From a bacterium (GTDB taxonomy: Bacteria > ARS69): a DNA stretch of 64,000 nucleotides. Shown here one piece after another: positions 57,458-64,000 of this stretch. A program made the position numbers and the translations under genes. The notes beneath the pieces were generated by a model that did no database searches, was not told the DNA's origin, and saw nothing but the letters and a program-made list of their open reading frames with translations. Every line of letters starts with the position of its first letter. Within the stretch, counting starts at the first letter, position 1. The stretch spans positions 11,848 to 75,847 of the forward strand of contig JAXLTI010000011.1 in NCBI GenBank assembly GCA_046330135.1. The letters run 5' to 3'.

Positions 57458-58899
57458 TGGCACCGACTCCTGAGCCCACATCCCTTGTCGATGCCTTGGC
57501 CTCGGTGCGCGCGATGCGGCGCGAGGTGATACGCCGCCTGGTCTTGGACGAGGGGAAGATCGAGGTCCTCGCGGAGCGCGTTCTGGGCTACACGCTGCGG
57601 CCGTTCCACCGGGCGCTGCTCGCCTTCCAGTCCGCGGCGAGGGACGCCTGCCTCCAGCTCGCCCCGCGCGGGTTCGGCAAGAGCACCATCCTCACCATCG
57701 CGCGCGCCGTCTTCGAGGTTCTGCGCAACCCCGACGTCCGTATCCTGATTGCCTCCAACACGCAGCTCCAGGCCGAGGTGTTCCTCCGCGAGATCAAGGC
57801 GCACTTCGAGCTGAACGAGCGGCTCCGCGAGAGCTTTGGGGACTTCGTGGACGAGCGGAAATGGGACCTTCGCGAGATCGTCGTGAAGCCGCGCCGCTCG
57901 GCCGCGAAGGAATCCACGATCACCTGCGTGGGCGTCGGCGGCCCCGTGGCCTCCCGCCACTACGACCTGATCCTCGCCGACGACTTGGTCGACGAGGAGA
58001 ACTCCCGCACGGAGCTCCAGCGCGACCGCGTGAAGACCTGGCACTATAAGACCCTGCTCCCGTGTCTTGAGCCCAACGGCAGACTCCTCTTGCTCGGCAC
58101 GCGCTACCACTACCTCGACCTCTACGGGCACCTCCTCAAGAACGAGCTTGCCGAGCGGCACCAGGTGGTCCGGGCGATCGCGCCAGACGGAACCACTCCT
58201 TGGCCCGAGAAGTTCTCGCTGGAGTGGCTGGAGGAGCGACGCGCACAGATGGGCTCGGCCATCTTCGCCTCGCAGTACCAGAACGACACCGAGCTGATGA
58301 AGGGCAACATCTTCAGGGAGGAGTGGTTCCGCTTCTACGAGCAGCCTCTGGATCCGGCGGGATTCGACTACTGGATCGGCTGCGATCCCGCGGCCACGCG
58401 AGCGGACGTCCTCGGCAAGGCCTCGACTTCAGACTACTGGACGGCGGTGGTCGGCGCGCGTGAGAGGAAGGACGGCGACTACGCGCGGGAGACCTACGTG
58501 ATCGAGGTCTGGCGCGGCCGGTGCACGAAGCAGGAGTACGTCGACAAGCTGCGCGTGCTGAACGAGCGGTACCGACCGATCGAGGTCCTCGTGGAGACGG
58601 TGGCGGCCCAGGAGTTTCTCGCCCAGGACTTGGAGCGGCTGATGCCAGTTCGCCGAGTGGAGCGCCTCACCGACAAGGTCTCTCGGGCGTACCGGCTGCA
58701 AGCGTACTTCGAGAACGGGCAGGTGCTCTTCCCGTCGCGGGCCCTGGAGAAAGACCCGGACGTTTGGGCGGCACTGCGCGATGAGCTGGTGCTCTTCCCG
58801 CAGGCGGAGCACGACGACCTCTTCGACGGCTTGGAGACGATGGTGGAGGGCGCAATGGCCCCGCGGCATGAGGTGGTCCTTTGGGATGTGCTTCTCTGA
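57454..58899 (+). CDS. Phage terminase large subunit
   Basis: Walker A LAPRGFGKST. DEAD-like ILADDLVDEEN. C-terminal RNase H-like nuclease region. 481 aa. Confidence 0.8.
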   Translation: MMAPTPEPTSLVDALASVRAMRREVIRRLVLDEGKIEVLAERVLGYTLRPFHRALLAFQSAARDACLQLAPRGFGKSTILTIARAVFEVLRNPDVRILIASNTQLQAEVFLREIKAHFELNERLRESFGDFVDERKWDLREIVVKPRRSAAKESTITCVGVGGPVASRHYDLILADDLVDEENSRTELQRDRVKTWHYKTLLPCLEPNGRLLLLGTRYHYLDLYGHLLKNELAERHQVVRAIAPDGTTPWPEKFSLEWLEERRAQMGSAIFASQYQNDTELMKGNIFREEWFRFYEQPLDPAGFDYWIGCDPAATRADVLGKASTSDYWTAVVGARERKDGDYARETYVIEVWRGRCTKQEYVDKLRVLNERYRPIEVLVETVAAQEFLAQDLERLMPVRRVERLTDKVSRAYRLQAYFENGQVLFPSRALEKDPDVWAALRDELVLFPQAEHDDLFDGLETMVEGAMAPRHEVVLWDVLL

Positions 58900-58930
58900 A
58901 GCGGGAAGTCGGAGGGGGAGAGGGGGAGAG

Positions 58931-59567
58931 ATGCTGGTGAAGGAGAGCGCGCTGAAGGTCGTCGATCTCGCGGTCGAGACGCTCGCGCCGAACCCGTGGA
59001 ACCCGAACAGGGTGCCGCCGGGGCTGTACGCGAAGCTGCGCGCGTACATCGAGCGGGAGGGATTCGTCGAGCCGCTCGTGGTGCGGCGGCAGGGCGACGG
59101 CTTCGAGATCTTGGGCGGCTACCACCGCTGGATGATCGCGAAGGAGCTGGGGTACACGGCCGTGCCCTGCGTCGTCGTGGACCTCGATGATCGCCGCGCG
59201 AAGATTCTGAGCGTGAACCTGAACGAGCTGAAGGGCCAGAGCGTGCCGGCGCTCCTGGCGGAGTTGATCCACGACCTGAGTCGCGATCTCTCGCTCGACG
59301 ATCTCGCCTCGCAGCTGCCCTACGACGTGCCCGAGCTAGACGACCTGATGCGGCTCCTGCAGATCCCGGACGGGCTTGCCGAGCAGTTGGCCGCTGAGGC
59401 CGAGAAGATGGAACGGGAGCGCACGCGCATCCTCGCCTTCGCGCTGTCCGCGGAACAGGAGGCCGTGGTCGAGGAGGCCGTGGGGAAGGCGATCGCCGAC
59501 GTCGCCGGCACGCGCGCGGGGCCGCGCTCACGCACATGGCGCAGACATACCTGGACGGGAGGAAGGG
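58931..59567 (+). CDS. ParB-like nuclease domain protein. The 3' end is unresolved: the frame stays open to 60271 and overlaps the next gene.
   Basis: …ETLAPNPWNPNR…LVVRRQGDGFEILGGYHRWMIAKELGY…VPCVVV is a ParB/Srx N-terminal domain. Confidence 0.55.
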
Positions 59568-60047
59568 ATGAAGGAGAAGGAAGCGCACCTCAAAGCGTTC
59601 GAGACCTACTTCGAGATGGGGCCGACCCGCTCGCTCAGCAAGCTCTCGGACCGGCTCGGCATTTCGCGGAGCGCGCTCCGGGACTGGTCGATGGCCTTCC
59701 GCTGGCAGGAGCGCATCGACGAGCGGGGCCGCGACGTGGCCCGCGCCATGGCCGCGCGCTCGATCCACGCGGAGGCCGAGGATCGGACGAAGCAGCGCCA
59801 ACTCGTGCAACTCGCGCTCGTGACCATCGCCCGGCAGATCGCCGAGGGAAGGGTCCGCGGCAACATGGGCGACCTCGATCGGCTCATCCGACTCGAACGC
59901 TTCCTCGAAGGCGAGGCGGACAGCCGGCAGGAGGTCATTGCTCGCGAGTTGAAGGGGAAGAGCCCCGAGGAGCTGCGCGAGATGTTGCGGCGGGAGCTCT
60001 CCGAGCTGGCCGATCTGACGGGGGAGGAGAGCCCCGGCGTGAACTGA
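59568..60047 (+). CDS. HTH protein, possible terminase small subunit/packaging specificity factor
   Basis: SD GGGAGGAAGGG then ATG 59568. …LSKLSDRLGISRSALRDWSMAFRWQERID is HTH-like. Confidence 0.5.
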   Translation: MKEKEAHLKAFETYFEMGPTRSLSKLSDRLGISRSALRDWSMAFRWQERIDERGRDVARAMAARSIHAEAEDRTKQRQLVQLALVTIARQIAEGRVRGNMGDLDRLIRLERFLEGEADSRQEVIARELKGKSPEELREMLRRELSELADLTGEESPGVN

Positions 60048-60059
60048 CACGGCCTGCCC

Positions 60060-60360
60060 CGCGGGTGCCACGGCGAGGGCGGAATCTGCTACGCCCGCCC
60101 CGAAATCTGCTACGGCGTGGCAGTTTCGCGGGGGCCGGCTCTCGCACGCCTAACTCGTTGCGGGATCAACAGATCACATCGCTCGCGGGGAGTCCGTGGC
60201 GGGGCGGAACTGCTACGCCCCGGCGGGTGCCGCGGGGCGGGGCAGATCGTGGCACTTCGCGGATACCGTAATCTGTGCAATAGCAACGACTTACGGGACA
60301 GACAAAACGCGGGAATCGTCGTGGCAACCCCGTGGCAACCCCGTGGCTGAGCGTGGCAGA
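60060..60360. repeat. Repeat-rich non-coding region: three 'AAWCTGCTACGSC' copies, six GTGGCA cores and a tandem GTGGCAACCCC ×2
   Basis: Read directly at 60083-60115, 60205-60220 and 60321-60345. Lies between the last phage-like gene and the host FG-GAP gene. Confidence 0.6.
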
Positions 60361-60487
60361 TCCGCAAGGCCGTGCAACTCGGATGACCGAGCAGCCCGAG
60401 CGACCGCGCAAGTACGCGCTGGAGCGGCGCATCTCCCAGGGGATAAGCTGACTCCGCAGTCGGTCGGCTCGTTACCGGGACTTCGCC

Positions 60488-62416
60488 ATGAAACCCGTGA
60501 CGCTGTTTGTGCTGGTCGCTGGCGTCTTCGTGTCCAGCCTTTTGCCGACCTCGGCGTCCGCGTCGTACGTCACTTTGATCGCGCCCACCGGCGAGGCCGC
60601 GTCCGACCAGTTCGGGGGAAGCGTCGCCAACGCCGGTGATGTGAACCACGACGGCTTCGGCGACATAATCGTCGGCGCGAGGGCCAACGGCGCGGGCGGC
60701 ATTCAGGCTGGGCGAGCGTACCTCTTCCTCGGCCGCTCCGTACCCAGCTCGAATCCTGACGTCATCCTTACAGGGCAGACCCAAAGCCAGTTCGGCAATT
60801 CGGTGGCGGGCGCCGGCGACGTGAATGGTGACGGTTACGACGACATCATCGTCGGCGCGTTCCTCGACAGCGCGGTACTCGGAAACGCGGGTCGCGCCTA
60901 CGTCTACTGGGGCGGAGCGACGCCCGACTCTGTGGCGGATCTTGTTCTCGATCCCGAGGGGGCCGACGATCTGTTCGGCTTCAGCGTTGCGTCCGCTGGG
61001 GACTTCAATGGCGACGGGTACGGGGATGTTCTCGTCGGTGCCATCCGGAACGACGCTGGGGGCGCCGATGCCGGCCGTGCCTACCTCTTCTTTGGCGGCC
61101 CATCGCCGGACAGTGTACCCGACGTGATCATGACGGGCGCAGGGCCAGGTGCGCAATTCGGGTTCGCAGTGGCGTCCGCTGGGGACGTCAACGGTGACGG
61201 CTACGGCGATGTGATCGTCGGTGCTGTCCCCTCTGGCGGAGGATACGGCCGCGCATACGTCTTCTTCGGCGGCAATCCGGCGGACGGCGATGCGGATCTC
61301 ATTCTCCTTGGCGAGACCTCGAACGACGGGTTCGGCGCGGCGGTCGGTGCAGCGGGCGATGTGAATGGGGACGGCTACGCCGACTTCGTCGTTGGAGCGC
61401 CAGCGAGTTCGGCGAACGGTCCCGGCTCCGGGCGCGCGTACGTATTCCTCGGTGGAAGGCATGCGGACGCATTTCCCGACAGGACTCTAAGCGGCGAGTC
61501 CACGACAGACAGCTTCGGGACATCGGTCTCGACCGCAGGCGACATCAACAGGGACGGCAAGTCAGACATCGTCGTCGGTGCTCCGTACGCTGGGCCCGGT
61601 GGCGGCGCCGGTGTCGGTTCTGTCTCGATCTTCTACGGCGGCTCATTCGGAGCAACGCCGAATGACGTCATCTCGATCGGGTCGGTCGGAGATGAGTTCG
61701 GTGTGTCAGTCGCGGGCGGCTGCGACTTGGATGGGGACGGGCGGCCCGACATCGTCGTGGGCGCGCAGGCAAATGACGTTGCGGGCTACAGCTCCGGCCG
61801 AGCCTACGTCCTGACTCCCGTTCCGCTGGCTGTCGTCGCTCCGAACGGCGGCGAGACGTGGGTGTCCGGGACCCAGGAGAGCATCGTCTGGACGGGCGGC
61901 GGACTCGTGGACCTGTACCTGTCGCTGGATGGGGGGTTCAGCTGGACCGCGATGGCCACCAACGTCGGCGGAGGAATCGAGAACACGCATGGCCTGACGG
62001 TGCCGAGCACACCGACGATCTTCGCCAAGGTTGCCGTCGCGCCAGTCGGCGTGGCGCCGATCGATGCGACGGCGGACCAGAGCGATGGCGTGTTCTCGAT
62101 CGTGCTGCCGACGGGGGTCGAGCTGCCATCACCGCTCGCAGGAGATCTGCGCCTCTCCGGGCCGCAGCCGAACCCTCTACTGGGCGCCGGGGGTTCCGTT
62201 TTTCAGCTCACGCTTCCGGCCGCCGACTGCATTCAACTCGCGCTGTACGATGTTCGCGGCTGCGTCGTCGCGAGCCGAGAGCCCGAGTCGTTCGCGTCGG
62301 GTGGTCAGCGCGCTATCCGCTGGGACCCCGGGCCTTTGCCCTCGGGCACATACTACGTCAGAGCCACGACCTCATCGGGACGCTCGGCGGGGGCGAAGTG
62401 GGTTCTGGTCCGGTGA
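60488..62416 (+). CDS. Secreted FG-GAP (integrin-alpha-like) repeat protein with a T9SS-type/FlgD-Ig-like C-terminal sorting domain
   Basis: Signal peptide MKPVTLFVLVAGVFVSSLLPTSASA. ≥9 repeats of FG.SVA.AGDVNGDGY.D..VGA. C-terminal …FQLTLPAADCIQLALYDVRGCVV…GTYYVRATTSSGRSAGAKWVLVR. Confidence 0.8.
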   Translation: MKPVTLFVLVAGVFVSSLLPTSASASYVTLIAPTGEAASDQFGGSVANAGDVNHDGFGDIIVGARANGAGGIQAGRAYLFLGRSVPSSNPDVILTGQTQSQFGNSVAGAGDVNGDGYDDIIVGAFLDSAVLGNAGRAYVYWGGATPDSVADLVLDPEGADDLFGFSVASAGDFNGDGYGDVLVGAIRNDAGGADAGRAYLFFGGPSPDSVPDVIMTGAGPGAQFGFAVASAGDVNGDGYGDVIVGAVPSGGGYGRAYVFFGGNPADGDADLILLGETSNDGFGAAVGAAGDVNGDGYADFVVGAPASSANGPGSGRAYVFLGGRHADAFPDRTLSGESTTDSFGTSVSTAGDINRDGKSDIVVGAPYAGPGGGAGVGSVSIFYGGSFGATPNDVISIGSVGDEFGVSVAGGCDLDGDGRPDIVVGAQANDVAGYSSGRAYVLTPVPLAVVAPNGGETWVSGTQESIVWTGGGLVDLYLSLDGGFSWTAMATNVGGGIENTHGLTVPSTPTIFAKVAVAPVGVAPIDATADQSDGVFSIVLPTGVELPSPLAGDLRLSGPQPNPLLGAGGSVFQLTLPAADCIQLALYDVRGCVVASREPESFASGGQRAIRWDPGPLPSGTYYVRATTSSGRSAGAKWVLVR

Positions 62417-62535
62417 CGATTGCCTGTCCGGTCGCGTCGCGGTGGCGCTCGCCGGTGGAGCACAGGGCGCTCTGCGGGGCGCAACGAGTTCTGATGAGTG
62501 ACGTCTAGTAATCTTCACAGCGAAAGGAGACCATC

Positions 62536-63051
62536 ATGGCGCCCCAGGGCAGTCAGACTAGGGGGACGAATCCGCGCGCCGCATTTAGCAGAGGGCGACA
62601 GTCCCTCGAACAGTCGGTCTGGTACAGCGGCTGGCTGTTGACCTTCCTGGCAACCGGTGAAGACACGCAAGGGCAGTTCGCGTTGATGGAGCAGATTGCC
62701 CGAAAAGGCAACGTGCCGCCGCGACACATCCACCATCGGGAAGACGAGACGTTCTATGTGATTGAGGGCGAGATGACTTTTTCCATTGGCGATCGGACAA
62801 TTAAAGCCACGCCGGGAACAATGGTCTTCGCGCCACGCGACGTCGCGCACTCGTTCACGATCGACTCGGAACAGGTGCGGATCGTCGTACAGGTCACTCC
62901 CGCAGGAGCGGAGGGGTTCTTCAAAGCGTGCAGCGTGCCGGCACCATCGATGACGCTGCCGCCACCGCGCGAAACTCCGTACAGTGAGATACAGAAGATG
63001 ATGGCGCTTGCGCCCCAGTATGGTTTCGAATTTGTAGGACCAAAGCCCTGA
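62536..63051 (+). CDS. Cupin-domain protein
   Basis: …PPRHIHHREDETFYVIEGEMTFSIGDRTIKATPGTMVFAPRDVAHSF… matches cupin motifs 1 and 2. Confidence 0.75.
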   Translation: MAPQGSQTRGTNPRAAFSRGRQSLEQSVWYSGWLLTFLATGEDTQGQFALMEQIARKGNVPPRHIHHREDETFYVIEGEMTFSIGDRTIKATPGTMVFAPRDVAHSFTIDSEQVRIVVQVTPAGAEGFFKACSVPAPSMTLPPPRETPYSEIQKMMALAPQYGFEFVGPKP

Positions 63052-63230
63052 GCCCTGACGTGAAGTGGGCCGTTTCACCCCATCAATCGGCGCACGCTGA
63101 ACTGGCGCTTGCAGCCCCGGAGCGCGGAGGAGCGAGCTGGTTCTGGGTTGACTGCGGCGAGCTTCCCGTCGGTTGAGCGGGGCCGCGTAGAGTCCGCGGT
63201 GGCGTTCGCCGGTGAGGCGCGAGAGGTGAG

Positions 63231-64000
63231 ATGCCAAGGGTGCGTTCTGTGCCGGATCAATGGCCGACGACTCGACTGACGGCGGCAGCAAAGGCGCTGC
63301 CCGTGCTTGCGGAATTGCGGGGGCGACGTTGGCTTTGCCGAGGCCAGTCCAAGCCGTATCAGTCCTTGGTCCCGTCGATTGATCGGCCGCCGCGAGACCG
63401 CCTTGGGCGGGCAGCGAAGCTCGCCCTTGAACGGACGACCATCGACCTGTTTCGGTCTACCGCACGCTTCTTCGCCGATCCGGGCGAGCACGCAGCGACG
63501 TCGGATGACATGGCGGCACTCCTCGTGCTTCGTCACTTTGGCGTTCCAAGCCGCATCCTCGATTGGAGCGTGTCTCCCTGGGTGGCTCTCTTCTTCGCGG
63601 TCGAGACCGATGACCCAGCGGACGGGGAACTTTGGGTCTTCGATGAGCACATGTACGAGGAGCGAGGCAGGCAGCAGTGGAGCCGCTGGCCCGAGACGAC
63701 GACGGACGGAAGCGGTGACCCAGAGAAGTGGGGAGGACCAGCGCACACCGCGTTCTCATCGCCGGAGCCGCCCGACTGGTTCGTTTGCCTGTTCTATCAG
63801 GCCGGCTTCCACCGTCAAGACGCGCAGCAAGGGGCGTACAGCATGACTGCACGCTTCGGTCGCGACCACGCGACGATGATCGCGAACCTCTTGGGAGAGC
63901 GGGAGCGGTACCACCGCTACGTCATTGACTCGAAGTGCAAGCCGGAGCTCCGGAGCATTCTGCGGGAACGCCATGGTATCTGGCGCGGGTCGTTGTTTCC
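63231..64000 (+). CDS. FRG-domain protein (3'-partial; continues beyond the window)
   Basis: SD GAGAGGTGAG then ATG 63231. WLCRGQSKPYQSLVPSIDR…LRHFGVPSRILDWSVSPWVALFFA is the hallmark F-R-G region. Frame 3 stays open to nt 64000 and is absent from the ORF track, which lists only stop-terminated ORFs. Confidence 0.6.
   Translation, partial: MPRVRSVPDQWPTTRLTAAAKALPVLAELRGRRWLCRGQSKPYQSLVPSIDRPPRDRLGRAAKLALERTTIDLFRSTARFFADPGEHAATSDDMAALLVLRHFGVPSRILDWSVSPWVALFFAVETDDPADGELWVFDEHMYEERGRQQWSRWPETTTDGSGDPEKWGGPAHTAFSSPEPPDWFVCLFYQAGFHRQDAQQGAYSMTARFGRDHATMIANLLGERERYHRYVIDSKCKPELRSILRERHGIWRGSLF

Larger units (their letters stand above)
40487..60470. mobile_element. Composite tmRNA-adjacent genomic island. 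It contains beta-helix paralogs, an integrase remnant, two tyrosine integrases, a HEPN-like cargo pair and a capsid-less phage replication/packaging module. The borders are not resolved.
   Basis: Begins at the tmRNA 3' end, a classic integration site. Three integrase-related loci at 43.4, 44.7 and 47.4 kb. Phage genes at 48.5-60.0 kb. Host-type secreted genes resume at 60488. Confidence 0.55.

Overview
This is a ~70% GC bacterial window. It has a housekeeping backbone (pyruvate kinase, bshC-bshB-bshA, msrB, pdxH, smpB, rph, rdgB, an amidase, an O-antigen ligase) interrupted by two integrative regions next to RNA genes. Secreted proteins with T9SS-type C-terminal domains, a C25 peptidase and a complete bacillithiol operon suggest a Gemmatimonadota or other FCB-group-like organism; this is inference only.

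RNA genes: tRNA-Leu(CAG), a tRNA-Pro/Arg/His cluster, tRNA-Lys(CTT), and a tmRNA (ssrA) with a readable tag-peptide frame ending ...YELALAA-stop.

Region 1 (28.5-38.8 kb) is a ~10.2 kb element inserted in the 3' end of tRNA-His with exact 47-bp direct repeats. It carries an integrase, an AlpA-like excisionase, a prim-pol/D5 primase-helicase, TerS-like and TerL terminase genes and an HNH endonuclease. It has no capsid or tail genes, so it looks like a phage-satellite/PICI-like element.

Region 2 (40.5-60.5 kb) begins right after the tmRNA. It is a composite island: two paralogous beta-helix proteins, integrase remnants, two intact tyrosine integrases flanking a wHTH + HEPN-motif gene pair (candidate defence cargo), then a capsid-less phage-like replication/packaging module ending in a repeat-rich non-coding region.

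Other points of note: a SAM-methyltransferase translationally coupled to bshC-bshB-bshA (candidate N-methyl-bacillithiol synthase); a signal-peptide/5'-nucleotidase-like/tetra-heme cytochrome c gene interrupted by an in-frame TGA; a GAF-PAS-HisKA protein with no ATPase domain; and a cysteine-rich C-terminal module shared by three beta-helix proteins.

Many long ORFs in the six-frame track are GC-driven antisense or overlapping artefacts and were not called.
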